IMG/VR virus record: IMGVR_UViG_3300023084_000003
Source of the DNA: a virus
Length of the DNA stretch: 64,000 nucleotides
Direction: 5' to 3' (one strand)
The first letter of the stretch is position 1; each line of letters opens with the position of its first letter. Of this stretch, positions 27,049-36,146 are shown in pieces. The position numbers and the translations under genes were made by a program. Below the pieces are notes generated by a model. It was not told the DNA's origin, made no database searches, and worked only from the letters and a program-made list of their open reading frames with translations.

Positions 27049-27531
27049 TTAATCCCACAAATTTTCATAATATTTTCCAAATAATCTGAAGCCGTTGCTC
27101 ATTCGTTCCTGATGCGCCTTCAAGCCGTCACGATCAATCCATTCAAAATCGCCAATGCCACTATCACTTGGAATATGTGGTCCATAATACTCATCTTCCC
27201 AATTGTCTTTTACCTTTTGTTCAAAGGCCCAGATCATTTCATCCATAATCCAATCCCAACGATCAAAAAACTTAGGATCAGCTGTACCGTCACCTTCGTA
27301 TGCACGTTTCCATTTAGCAGTAGGACGCAACTCTTTTGGTACATCACTTGGATCTGTATTAGGAGCGCCGTGCTTTGTTTCTTTCAACTGTTTTAGCATA
27401 GGCAAGATAATCGGTGCAAGAGTATAATCCATGCTCCAAGTATCATAATCGTGTATTGCGACTTCTATCTTTTGCGGCCTATCATCTTTATAAGGCCCTA
27501 TATAAACTTTCATTATATAAACAACTCCCAA
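27049..27531 (-). CDS. conserved T4-like hypothetical protein
   Basis: DTWSMD-x-TLA...WDWIMDEMIWAF...GFRLFGKYY-x-NLWD. Confidence 0.7.
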   Translation of the reverse strand: MGVVYIMKVYIGPYKDDRPQKIEVAIHDYDTWSMDYTLAPIILPMLKQLKETKHGAPNTDPSDVPKELRPTAKWKRAYEGDGTADPKFFDRWDWIMDEMIWAFEQKVKDNWEDEYYGPHIPSDSGIGDFEWIDRDGLKAHQERMSNGFRLFGKYYENLWD

Positions 27532-28022
27532 CTTGGATGTTTGATTGTAAATTCCATTTGTTTACGTTTACGAACTAATTCCCAGTAACCAGGTCTATAT
27601 GGTTTATATTTAGGCTTCCAGTCCATCCTGTTTCCTTTAATAGAATTACAAGGATTGCAGGCTGCTACTATATTGGTCCACTCTGTTTTACCACCACGGC
27701 TGAGTGGAACAACGTGATCCATAGTCAAATGCGATCTACTGAACTTATATCCGCAATACAAACATTTGTACTGATCACGTAAATAAAGGTTAGATTTTGA
27801 AAACCTAACCTCTGACTTGGATTTGATATATTGTTTCATCATAATCACAGCGGGAACTTTGGTTTCCCAAGAGGGGCTCCGGACTAGCCAATCGTCATAC
27901 CATTCTAACACATCACATTTATCGTGATAAATGTACCGTATGGCTTCTTTCCAATTAATAACGCTGAGAGGGAGATAGTTGACGGGTTGAGCATTTGCAT
28001 TAAGAATCAAAACGTCGGACAT
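27513..28022 (-). CDS. HNH endonuclease
   Basis: RDQYKCLYCG, TMDHVVPLSRGG, NIVAACNPCNSIKG. Confidence 0.9.
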   Translation of the reverse strand: MSDVLILNANAQPVNYLPLSVINWKEAIRYIYHDKCDVLEWYDDWLVRSPSWETKVPAVIMMKQYIKSKSEVRFSKSNLYLRDQYKCLYCGYKFSRSHLTMDHVVPLSRGGKTEWTNIVAACNPCNSIKGNRMDWKPKYKPYRPGYWELVRKRKQMEFTIKHPSWELFI

Positions 28023-28042
28023 CTATCTCTCCTTTGCTGCTT

Positions 28043-28921
28043 TTAACTATTTATCTCCAATCTGTACTGATCTTCACACATTTGGTAGATATCTTTCGTG
28101 AGTACACAATATTCTGATAATTCATCAACTACTGAAGCAGTAGCATCACCTTCTCTACGATCTTCGAAAACTCGTTTCATTTCTTTGCCGGTAACTTTAT
28201 CCATAGCATCTAAGACTTCAAGAACACTGAATCCTGTATTACTACCAAGGCATTCATACGGAGTATTACGAGGACCTTCTTCTACAGCCTTTACTATAGC
28301 AGCACTAAGATCACAGACGTGTATATAATCGCGAATGCAAGTACCGTCCCTAGTATCATAATCGTTACCAAAGATGCTAATGTGGGGATATTTTTCAGCA
28401 GCCACCATAGCAGCAACACGAATAAGATGGGTTGGAGCACCCAATTGCCGATTAACGCCATCAGTACCAGAGACATTAAAAAAGCGAAAAATAGTATAAC
28501 CATTGGCTTTCTCCTTAATAATATCTTCAGCAGCCACCTTACTGCGAGCATAAGGCGAAGCCATCTCCCATGCTGATGATGTACTTGCAAAGATAAAGTT
28601 TGGAGTTTTTACTTTGTCAAGCATATTTGATGTGCCCATAGCATTTACACGGTAATACTCCGTGGGCTCTTTAAGTGACTGAGGTACTACACTGCGACCA
28701 GCCAAATGAACTACAGCATCATATGTACCATGTACAGCAAAGGGATCTGTGACATCTACAGGCTCAAACATGTTTACATATTTAGATATATCATTATGCT
28801 CGCCGTGGATGTTTGTATCCCAGCCATCAACATAGTGGCCATACTCTTTAAGTAGTTTACATACATGGCTGCCAATATAACCCGTGGCACCAGTTACTAA
28901 TACTTTCATGCATACCTCCAA
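28043..28921 (-). CDS. galE: UDP-glucose 4-epimerase
   Basis: TGATGYIGSH, VHLAG, YARSK (YxxxK), RFFNV, DGTCIRDYIHV. Confidence 0.9.
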   Translation of the reverse strand: MEVCMKVLVTGATGYIGSHVCKLLKEYGHYVDGWDTNIHGEHNDISKYVNMFEPVDVTDPFAVHGTYDAVVHLAGRSVVPQSLKEPTEYYRVNAMGTSNMLDKVKTPNFIFASTSSAWEMASPYARSKVAAEDIIKEKANGYTIFRFFNVSGTDGVNRQLGAPTHLIRVAAMVAAEKYPHISIFGNDYDTRDGTCIRDYIHVCDLSAAIVKAVEEGPRNTPYECLGSNTGFSVLEVLDAMDKVTGKEMKRVFEDRREGDATASVVDELSEYCVLTKDIYQMCEDQYRLEINS

Positions 28922-28940
28922 TTATTACAAAATTATTAAT

Positions 28941-28969
28941 ATTCTATACTGTATTTAGCCAAATGTCAA
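28941..28969 (-). promoter_or_regulatory. sigma70-type promoter for galE
   Basis: TTGACA-17nt-TAGAAT, back-to-back with a plus-strand late promoter TATAAATA at 28971-28978. Confidence 0.65.
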
Positions 28970-28982
28970 CTATAAATAAAAC

Positions 28983-29501
28983 ATGAAACATTTACTATTA
29001 CTTCCACTGATTATATATCTAACAGCATGCTCGAGTGATACCGACTATGCTCTTTCTCGCAAATTGCCAGAATCAAAACAAACTCTAGCTCACAAGGCGT
29101 ATTTCTGGTATGGCTTGTCAGAAGAAAAAGATCGCCAAACAATCAAAGATATTACGGGAGTGGATCCAGTAACTACTGAGTGGTGTGCTGCTTTCGTGAA
29201 TATGGTGTTGCTTGAGAATGAACTTCCAACATCAAGATCTGTAAGTGCTTTCCCACTTATGGCCAGATCATTTGTAACTTACGGTCAAGAAGTTACAACT
29301 CCCGAAAAGGGAGATATTTTAGTCTTTGAAAGAGGCGAAGCCGGATGGCAAGGCCACGTTGGTTTTTATGTCAGTCAAACCAAAGATATGTCGACCGGTC
29401 AAATTTGGTATAACGTAATTGGCGGAAATCAAAATGATAGTGTTTCCATACAAAAATACCCAGCCGATAAATTAATCACAATACGTAGAGTTTCACTTTA
29501 A
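28983..29501 (+). CDS. NlpC/P60-type (TIGR02594-like) peptidoglycan hydrolase, lipoprotein
   Basis: Lipobox LTAC; WCAAFV, GDILVF, GHVGFY, GGNQ. Confidence 0.8.
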   Translation: MKHLLLLPLIIYLTACSSDTDYALSRKLPESKQTLAHKAYFWYGLSEEKDRQTIKDITGVDPVTTEWCAAFVNMVLLENELPTSRSVSAFPLMARSFVTYGQEVTTPEKGDILVFERGEAGWQGHVGFYVSQTKDMSTGQIWYNVIGGNQNDSVSIQKYPADKLITIRRVSL

Positions 29502-29714
29502 AGTTCTAGGATCAAATTCTAGTGGTATACATACCGCTTGAGTGTTTGGCGGGTAATAACCAGATGGCATTTCAAAAAGAGCTGAAGCTAAACTTTCTCT
29601 TGCTTTAAAACAATCTACGTTCGTTGTAAAAAAGCCCATATTTTGTGCGTTAACGTGTAAGGCTTCTTTAGTTGGTAATAACATGACAAGTACTAGTACA
29701 AAGACTTGAGTCAT
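29493..29714 (-). CDS. small secreted hypothetical protein
   Basis: Hydrophobic N-terminus and a Cys pair. Confidence 0.6.
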   Translation of the reverse strand: MTQVFVLVLVMLLPTKEALHVNAQNMGFFTTNVDCFKARESLASALFEMPSGYYPPNTQAVCIPLEFDPRTLK

Positions 29715-29737
29715 AGTACTGCCTTTCAGTTGTTAAA

Positions 29738-29813
29738 TGGTGCCCCCACACGGACTCGAACCGCGGACCCACAGATTACAAATCTGTTGCTCTACCAGCT
29801 GAGCTATAAGGGC
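29738..29813 (-). tRNA. tRNA-Thr(UGU)
   Basis: 76-nt cloverleaf; anticodon arm ACAGA-TTTGTAA-TCTGT; GTTCGAGTC T-loop; encoded CCA. Confidence 0.95.
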
Positions 29814-29837
29814 ATTATCTATTTATTAGACTGGCGA

Positions 29838-29845
29838 TATTTATA
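29838..29845 (-). promoter_or_regulatory. late promoter upstream of tRNA-Thr
   Basis: TATAAATA on the minus strand about 25 nt before the tRNA 5' end. Confidence 0.55.
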
Positions 29846-29960
29846 CAACTTTACATAGTATGCAAACGACCTAGGGTAGTTTCGAGGATTCGGTAAAGTG
29901 ATTCCTCGACTACCCCAGTACTGTAAAAATAAAACTATTTGTTTGTCTGTCATAATAAAC

Positions 29961-30037
29961 TGGCCTGCGCTGAGGGATTCGAACCCCCGACCTAGTGCTT
30001 AGAAGGCACTTGCTCTATCCAGCTGAGCTAAGCGCAG
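29961..30037 (-). tRNA. tRNA-Arg(UCU)
   Basis: 77-nt cloverleaf; anticodon arm AGTGC-CTTCTAA-GCACT; GTTCGAATC; encoded CCA. Confidence 0.95.
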
Positions 30038-30042
30038 ATTCT

Positions 30043-30150
30043 TTAAGCGTTATCAATAAAACGCTGGAAAATTTTCTCTGGTATCATACAAAGCTGTATA
30101 TAAACAGCCCAGAAACCAATATTCCAAATGATGATTTCAGGCCAGTTCAT
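30043..30150 (-). CDS. 35-aa hydrophobic protein
   Basis: MNWPEIIIWNIGFWAVYIQLCMIPEKIFQRFIDNA; ATGA overlap with the upstream stop. Confidence 0.5.
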   Translation of the reverse strand: MNWPEIIIWNIGFWAVYIQLCMIPEKIFQRFIDNA

Positions 30151-30599
30151 TTACGAAACTCCAATTGATACCACTTGCCATCATGCTTGAATTTGATGAT
30201 GCTGTGAGAATAAACTGATGTATTTTGATTTTCATACAGTGTTTTAGTCTCACATTTCTCTTGAAGGCGGTAGCCAACAATTTTGTCACTACCTTTTTGT
30301 GCTTTGTCAGCTCCAATAATACCACCAATTACTGCACCTGCTGCAGCACCTTGGTCATTACCAGAAGCGCCTTTACCAAGTAAGCCACCAATAATCATAC
30401 CCATCAAGGCACCGCCTGCAGCATCACCTTGTTCATTAGCGTATACGGGTACTTCTACCTCATAACACTCAGTATGTTGAAAAGGAACTCGTTTACTTAC
30501 GTAACGATATTCGTCAGTGATAGTAGCTTGCACTTTGTCAGCATAGGCTGGTGCTGCCACTAATAGAGCTAGAGCACTAACTCCAATCTTTGATATCAT
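30147..30599 (-). CDS. glycine-zipper 2TM domain protein
   Basis: Signal peptide; GALMGMIIGGLLG...GAAAGAVIGGIIG; start moved to ATG 30599 (track ORF starts at 30662). Confidence 0.8.
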   Translation of the reverse strand: MISKIGVSALALLVAAPAYADKVQATITDEYRYVSKRVPFQHTECYEVEVPVYANEQGDAAGGALMGMIIGGLLGKGASGNDQGAAAGAVIGGIIGADKAQKGSDKIVGYRLQEKCETKTLYENQNTSVYSHSIIKFKHDGKWYQLEFRK

Positions 30600-30714
30600 A
30601 GACATCTTTATAAACCTTTTCTGTGTCATTGTGGCCGTGGCGATATCCCACAACATATCCAATTACTCCACCAAGGATTGTACAAATTAAAGCCATTTCT
30701 GTTACAATACTCAT
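30577..30714 (-). CDS. 45-aa single-TM protein
   Basis: Manual translation MSIVTEMALICTILGGVIGYVVGYRHG... Confidence 0.5.
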   Translation of the reverse strand: MSIVTEMALICTILGGVIGYVVGYRHGHNDTEKVYKDVYDIKDWS

Positions 30715-30719
30715 GATGC

Positions 30720-30839
30720 TCACCATTCCAGGGATTGTTGAATAAAGTTTGGTTGAATGCTACTACAACCATTGCAGTATTCAAATGGATCTGAGTATCC
30801 AAAAACAGCTAGCATGCCGTCGTATTCTTGTTCTATCAT
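30720..30839 (-). CDS. 39-aa early protein
   Basis: AAGGA RBS directly after the promoter at 30866-30893. Confidence 0.5.
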   Translation of the reverse strand: MIEQEYDGMLAVFGYSDPFEYCNGCSSIQPNFIQQSLEW

Positions 30840-30865
30840 GTTTGATTCCTTCTTATTATTATATT

Positions 30866-30893
30866 AATATAGTACTTTCTTGGAGAATGTCAA
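30866..30893 (-). promoter_or_regulatory. early promoter
   Basis: GGG-TTGACA-16nt(...AAAGTAC)-TATATT. Confidence 0.75.
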
Positions 30894-31270
30894 CCCTTTC
30901 TTTGAAATTTTTTCACAAATTCTAAAAGAATTTTCTCCGATCGTTCTCTGGCTTCTTGTTCCCACCAACAAGTGTCATAGTTGTAACCCTTGTCAAGAAG
31001 CTCTCCAAGATTATCATACATGAACTGCTTCACATGAACCATTTCGTGGGCTATACTAGTATATATCTGGCTTATGTTCTTGTTCTTCTTAGAAATCAAA
31101 ATTAAATAGTTATCTTCATCAATATCAATACACAGACCAGACTTGTCGTTTACGATCTTATCTTCTGCAACAATCTCAATACTCTTTGGCCAAGCTGGCA
31201 AATTCTCGCAGCAAAAACGAGTAAAGTGAGTTGTGAGTTTTGGATCTAATCCTTTTACCTTAACTTTCAT
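30890..31270 (-). CDS. HEXXH metallopeptidase-like protein
   Basis: SIAHEMVHVKQF, WWEQEA; paralog of 17855..18286. Confidence 0.7.
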   Translation of the reverse strand: MKVKVKGLDPKLTTHFTRFCCENLPAWPKSIEIVAEDKIVNDKSGLCIDIDEDNYLILISKKNKNISQIYTSIAHEMVHVKQFMYDNLGELLDKGYNYDTCWWEQEARERSEKILLEFVKKFQRKG

Positions 31271-31511
31271 CTCTGTACAACGTAGTTCTGCTATTGATTG
31301 CTTGATGAATGATTTGCCACTTTACCCATGCTTCCATGCAGTGTTCTATTTCTTTATAGAAGATAGCATTGAGCAACCAAACTATATGCCATTTACCATT
31401 TCTTTTCCTTTCCCACTGAGCTGCAGAAAAAGATTGATTTAACCTGCCACCAATTATAACATTAAAAAGAATAGAAGTGGCAATAATTATTCTTTTAAAG
31501 TACATTTTCAT
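31260..31511 (-). CDS. hypothetical protein
   Basis: 83-aa ORF abutting the gp52 stop. Confidence 0.65.
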   Translation of the reverse strand: MKMYFKRIIIATSILFNVIIGGRLNQSFSAAQWERKRNGKWHIVWLLNAIFYKEIEHCMEAWVKWQIIHQAINSRTTLYRDES

Positions 31512-32852
31512 TTAATCTAATCCCTGTAGATCACTCTCATATTGTTTTGCGGGTGTTGTTTTATTCCAGAAATTTAATTCTGCTTGAGTTGATTTAATTT
31601 CCTTGGCTAGTTCCTTTACCATTTCATCTGTCAAGCTCATGATATTGATACGTAGCAATCTATCAACGTCAGATTCAATAGCATGTGTATTTTGTAGTAT
31701 CTGATCGCCAACATCTTTCTTCTTACGGTTTTTAAACACGATGCGATCGTCAAGTACTGCTTGAATAAATTGCATCTTCACATTAAGCCAACGAAGATCT
31801 TCTTGAGCTTCTTCTCTACGCTTCTCAATTCGTTGTTGTAGTATACCAAGACGATAGTCGACAAAGTCTTTGATTAAAAGACGCTCGTCATCATACTCAC
31901 GAAGCTTTCCATCTGGTCCAATCACCGTTAAGTTTTCAGACAACGGCTTACTCAACTTAAACTTAGAAATGATCTTAGCATCATTCCAGTTTGCTGAAGT
32001 GTTTTGCTTTAATTTGATTTCAAAAGAGAAACCAGTCTTATCACAAAGATCTTCATATGATACGATGTCACCATCATCTTCAAGCTTATCAAGTACCTTA
32101 ACATATGATTCACGATCAAAACCATATGGAACTTCAGTAATCATCATTACTGTTTTGGTTTTCTTATGGTATTTACCATAAACAATGTGGCGATCTTCAA
32201 CCGGATCATAGTCGACTCGTCCTTTGAACTCAGGAAATGACACTGGAGCCTTGTTGGTTATATTACCATCCGACAAGTATTCACGAACGAGGCGAGAGAG
32301 GTCTTCTACTGATCGTGGAAGAATGTTTGTGGCAAAACCAGTGGCAATACCCTTAGTTCCATTAGCCAATACCAAAGGAAGTACTGGTAGATAGAATGCA
32401 GGTGGCTCGTGTTCAGGGTCATCGTGTGCGGGGGCCAGGTCAACATCGCGAATATACTTCTCAAAGTTTTCGCTTAGGCGCGTATAGACATAACGTGGTG
32501 CGCCTGCTTCTTGAACTAGTCGAGTACCAAAGGAACCACGACCCTCGACTAGGCAGACATTGTTATTCCACGTTGCAGCCATCAGTTGCCCGGCCCCCGC
32601 GGCAGAAGCCTCTCCATGATTGTACCCATAGTCTGATATAATACCTGCAACGGCGGATACTTTCTTGAAGTCACGCTTTGAGTTGAGGATACTGCTATAA
32701 AGGTAGAACCTTTGGACAGGCTTTAACCCGTCAATCATATTAGGAATCGCTCGTGATTCCACGGTGTACATTGCAAAGGATTTCCACTCATTGGCTGCAA
32801 CCTTTGAGATCGGATATTCATTTGCTTCAACTGTAAATTCCATCAATGACAT
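31512..32852 (-). CDS. 52: DNA topoisomerase II, gp52 (GyrA/ParC-like) subunit
   Basis: RAIPNMIDGLKPVQR, YNHGE, APRY (active-site Tyr), NGTKGIATGF. Confidence 0.95.
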   Translation of the reverse strand: MSLMEFTVEANEYPISKVAANEWKSFAMYTVESRAIPNMIDGLKPVQRFYLYSSILNSKRDFKKVSAVAGIISDYGYNHGEASAAGAGQLMAATWNNNVCLVEGRGSFGTRLVQEAGAPRYVYTRLSENFEKYIRDVDLAPAHDDPEHEPPAFYLPVLPLVLANGTKGIATGFATNILPRSVEDLSRLVREYLSDGNITNKAPVSFPEFKGRVDYDPVEDRHIVYGKYHKKTKTVMMITEVPYGFDRESYVKVLDKLEDDGDIVSYEDLCDKTGFSFEIKLKQNTSANWNDAKIISKFKLSKPLSENLTVIGPDGKLREYDDERLLIKDFVDYRLGILQQRIEKRREEAQEDLRWLNVKMQFIQAVLDDRIVFKNRKKKDVGDQILQNTHAIESDVDRLLRINIMSLTDEMVKELAKEIKSTQAELNFWNKTTPAKQYESDLQGLD

Positions 32853-32905
32853 GACGAACCCTTTTTCAATTTATAAGACTATTCTATCACAGTTTTTGGT
32901 ATATG

Positions 32906-33115
32906 TCAACCAAAATATTTTTCAAGCATGTCTAAAACGTCTTGATATTTAGCCATTTCAAGGATTTCTGTTTCCATTGCTTCAAAAACATCTGGATGCT
33001 CGCCAATTCCTGCTGGATTATTAAGATATACCTCAACATTCATTCTATGTTTTTGAATATGTCCGTGGGCATGAGCCTTCATTGCTTTAATCATTACTTC
33101 TTGTTCTAGTGCCAT
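32906..33115 (-). CDS. hypothetical protein
   Basis: 69 aa; AGGAG RBS; NPAGIGEHPD motif. Confidence 0.7.
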   Translation of the reverse strand: MALEQEVMIKAMKAHAHGHIQKHRMNVEVYLNNPAGIGEHPDVFEAMETEILEMAKYQDVLDMLEKYFG

Positions 33116-33126
33116 TATTTTTCTCC

Positions 33127-34947
33127 TTATTGGAACATGTAGTCTTTACGTAATTGCGAATCTTTTCCAAACATCATTTGGAACATACCAGCATCATCAA
33201 CCGTAACTGTGTCGTACACTGGTTTATTGATAATAGTATCATATTCTTCTTCCGTCAAACTTCCTAAACCTTTGATGTAGCGATGTTTCCACCCATCTTT
33301 GCTTGACTTAAATTCATTCGCCTCTTCATATGTATAAAACCACTTGATTTGAGATCCTTTTGTAGAAATCATAATTGGTGTACGAGTGATTTTAACTTTC
33401 TTTTCAAGAAGAAGACGAGGCCAAAACTTATAAAAGAATGCAATAAGCAATGGACTAATGTGGCCGATACCATCGTGGTCAGCATCAGTCAGTGTTGCAA
33501 TATGTTCATATGTCATATCATCAACTGAGTTTGGATTTGTAATATCCAATCCAAGAACTGAGATCAATTCTGAGAGCTCTTTGTTCTTAAGAACATCAGC
33601 AGGTTTCATATCCCATGTGTTCATAATAACACCACGAAGAGGATAAGCACCCACCTTATTTGGATCACGTACTTTGAGAAGGAAGCCCATCGCTGAGTCA
33701 CCCTCCACGATTTTCAAAGTGGCATCATCCTTATTTGCTGCAATATGCTTAGCCACCTTAACCTTACGCAATTTCTTTTGAGCAAGAGTAGCAGCTCGTT
33801 TGTCTGCAGCGATTTTCTTTGCAAGCTGAGCCTCAATAATCGGATCAATAATAGATGGAGTATTCAGGATCTTACGAGCAAAGAAATCAGCCTCACGAAT
33901 GCCAGACGCAATCGCATGTTCTTTCACATTACCCATTGGATTCGTCAGTCTTTCTTTTGTCTGCGAGTCAAATTTTGGGTTAGTAAAGTTCTTAGCGAAC
34001 ATGACAAACGTAAGACCGTTCTTGATCGTTGATTTTACAACTTCAATCTTATGCTTGCGCTTAATCATAGTTGTAAGTTCTTCAACAATACCATTCACGA
34101 TAAAGTCTACATATGTACCACCTTGTCGTGTATTCACACCATTTACAAATGAGTTGGTACGGAAACCATCTTCAGATGTAGTGATGAAGAATGAAAGATC
34201 TTCAGTTTTCTCTATGATTGCTTCTTCACCAAAAAGCTCAGCATACTTTTTCAGGTTGTTGACCTTGATGCGTCGCTTATTAAAAGAGAATGCAATTTCA
34301 GGGAATGCCATTTGAAGCGAAGACAAACGATCTTCAACTAAAGCAACTGTATCTAGTTCTTGTAAACTGTCGACTTCGAACAAATCGAAATCAGGAGTAA
34401 ACCAGACTTCAGTTCCGTTTCCGTCTTTTGGAGTTTGCTTTTCACGAATATCCTCTGCACCATTCTTACATTCAACTGTAAGCATATTGCCGTTAGACCA
34501 AGTCTTACCGACAAACTTAGATGATAAGAAGTTAGTAGCAGCTGAGCCAACACCGTTGGTACCAATAGTTACTCGTTCATCGTCAAAACTTGTACCCGCA
34601 TTAACACGTGTCCAAGCTGCAGTCGCACGAGCAATCTTGCTGTCTGTTGTCTCATCATAAACAAGCTCTTGCGGAATACCACGGCCATTGTCCGTGATCG
34701 TCACCTTATTATTATCTATAGACACGTTGATTTTGTTCGCATACTCAAAGTTTGTGCGAATGGCTTCGTCTATAGAGTTGTCAAGAATCTCGTCAATCAT
34801 TTTCGATAGCGCTGGAACATACCGTGAGGTTTTCCATTCACCCATCACAAAACGCTCGACCTGTTCTTGAGCACTAGAGCCCATATACATACCAATACGT
34901 TCTCTGACGTGTTGGCGAGCTGTTAAGATTTTGAACTGTTCAGTCAA
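33127..34947 (-). CDS. 39: DNA topoisomerase II large subunit, gp39 and gp60 in one polypeptide
   Basis: EILDNSIDE, DNGRGIP, GTNGVG ATPase motifs; VEGDSA, PLRG, TDADHDG, YIKGLGS TOPRIM motifs. Confidence 0.95.
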   Translation of the reverse strand: MTEQFKILTARQHVRERIGMYMGSSAQEQVERFVMGEWKTSRYVPALSKMIDEILDNSIDEAIRTNFEYANKINVSIDNNKVTITDNGRGIPQELVYDETTDSKIARATAAWTRVNAGTSFDDERVTIGTNGVGSAATNFLSSKFVGKTWSNGNMLTVECKNGAEDIREKQTPKDGNGTEVWFTPDFDLFEVDSLQELDTVALVEDRLSSLQMAFPEIAFSFNKRRIKVNNLKKYAELFGEEAIIEKTEDLSFFITTSEDGFRTNSFVNGVNTRQGGTYVDFIVNGIVEELTTMIKRKHKIEVVKSTIKNGLTFVMFAKNFTNPKFDSQTKERLTNPMGNVKEHAIASGIREADFFARKILNTPSIIDPIIEAQLAKKIAADKRAATLAQKKLRKVKVAKHIAANKDDATLKIVEGDSAMGFLLKVRDPNKVGAYPLRGVIMNTWDMKPADVLKNKELSELISVLGLDITNPNSVDDMTYEHIATLTDADHDGIGHISPLLIAFFYKFWPRLLLEKKVKITRTPIMISTKGSQIKWFYTYEEANEFKSSKDGWKHRYIKGLGSLTEEEYDTIINKPVYDTVTVDDAGMFQMMFGKDSQLRKDYMFQ

Positions 34948-35011
34948 GATTTTATCCCTTTTGGAAACATTATTAAGCTATTCTATACTATTTCTTTTGT
35001 TATGTCAACCC

Positions 35012-35086
35012 TTAAATTTCTCCAATCCAGTGGGTACAGTCATCGCAAGGATCATCGAATTGATAACACCGATAGTCTTCGGCCAT
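35012..35086 (-). CDS. 24-aa Cys-containing peptide
   Basis: MAEDYRCYQFDDPCDDCTHWIGEI*; AAAGGA RBS; downstream of a minus-strand late promoter. Confidence 0.5.
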   Translation of the reverse strand: MAEDYRCYQFDDPCDDCTHWIGEI

Positions 35087-35112
35087 GCAGTTCCTTTCGG
35101 TTGTTGGCTCAT

Positions 35113-35124
35113 TATTTATAAATA
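35113..35124. promoter_or_regulatory. bidirectional late promoter, palindrome TATTTATAAATA
   Basis: Identical to 16041-16052; upstream of gp3 on the plus strand. Confidence 0.7.
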
Positions 35125-35163
35125 CTATCATAGAGTTTCAGAAATGTCAACAGGAAATTTCAT

Positions 35164-35646
35164 ATGATTACAAATTATCTGTCTCCAGTTGGCTTTGTGG
35201 TGTCAATTCAACGACTACCAAATGTAGAATTTTTCACACAAAGAGCCACGATTCCAGGAGTCAACATTACACCTGCACCTCAGGCTGCTCCCATCCATCA
35301 GTTGTATGCTGTTGGTGATCGCCTTGAGTACCAAGAACTCGACATGAATTTTATCGTGGACGAGTCTATGAATAATTATAATGAGATCCTTGCATGGATG
35401 GAAGGTATTGGTACTCCAGAAAAGTCGACACAGTTCAGAGATCTTGAGAAAGGTGACGGCACTACATCAGACATCCGCATCGTGATTTCAAACTCTAACA
35501 AGAATCCAAACATTGAGTTTACTTTCTTCGATTGCTTTCCAACTAGCCTCAGCCCAATCTCTTTAGATGTGACAGGAACTGACGTCATCTACCCTGAATG
35601 CTCAGTAACTTTCAGGTATACTCGTTTCGAATACAGAAAAATGTAG
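35164..35646 (+). CDS. 3: tail completion / sheath stabiliser gp3
   Basis: NYLSPVGF...P-x-VEFF-x-Q...IPG; position before uvsY-uvsW as in T4-like phages. Confidence 0.8.
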   Translation: MITNYLSPVGFVVSIQRLPNVEFFTQRATIPGVNITPAPQAAPIHQLYAVGDRLEYQELDMNFIVDESMNNYNEILAWMEGIGTPEKSTQFRDLEKGDGTTSDIRIVISNSNKNPNIEFTFFDCFPTSLSPISLDVTGTDVIYPECSVTFRYTRFEYRKM

Positions 35647-35647
35647 T

Positions 35648-35676
35648 TGACATTTCTATCAAAGTGTGATAGAATG
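35648..35676 (+). promoter_or_regulatory. sigma70-type promoter for uvsY-uvsW
   Basis: TTGACA-17nt-TAGAAT. Confidence 0.7.
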
Positions 35677-35705
35677 TATTATAAAATGGTTTTGAAAGGT
35701 ATGAA

Positions 35706-36143
35706 ATGAGTACTGATGATATAAGTGAGATTTGGGCAAAAGATGCAAACATCGACGAAACGAATCTCGTCGGTGAGTCTAAGAAAATCCCTTCATTACA
35801 TAGCAAGTACTATAACATGTACTTCCGAGAAGCGCTTAAAGTGAAGAAGCTTCGTTATGATTACAAGCAACTTGAGCTTGCAAAGAGAGAGTGGTATGAT
35901 GGATCTATGGCTGAAGAAGATCTTCGTGAACGCGGATGGAAACCATACCAGAAAAAAATCATTCGTCAGGATATAGATAAATATATCCAAGCAGACAAGG
36001 ATATTGTAAATCTAAGTTTAAAGATCGACTATCATACAGCTCGAGCAGATTACTTAGAAGACATTGTGAAAACTATTCATAGTAGAAACTTCATTATTAA
36101 ATCAATGATTGATGTGTTGAAGTTTCAAGCAGGAGAGTACTAG
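35706..36143 (+). CDS. uvsY: recombination mediator UvsY
   Basis: W-x-KD-x-x-ID...IP-x-LHSKY; I-x-SRNF-x-IK ending; synteny. Confidence 0.9.
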   Translation: MSTDDISEIWAKDANIDETNLVGESKKIPSLHSKYYNMYFREALKVKKLRYDYKQLELAKREWYDGSMAEEDLRERGWKPYQKKIIRQDIDKYIQADKDIVNLSLKIDYHTARADYLEDIVKTIHSRNFIIKSMIDVLKFQAGEY

Positions 36144-36146
36144 ATT

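Noticed and set aside
27513-28022. HNH protein as a mobile homing endonuclease
   Set aside because: It lacks NUMOD/AP2-type DNA-binding extensions and is not within or beside a conserved target gene; it resembles the free-standing bacterial HNH family.
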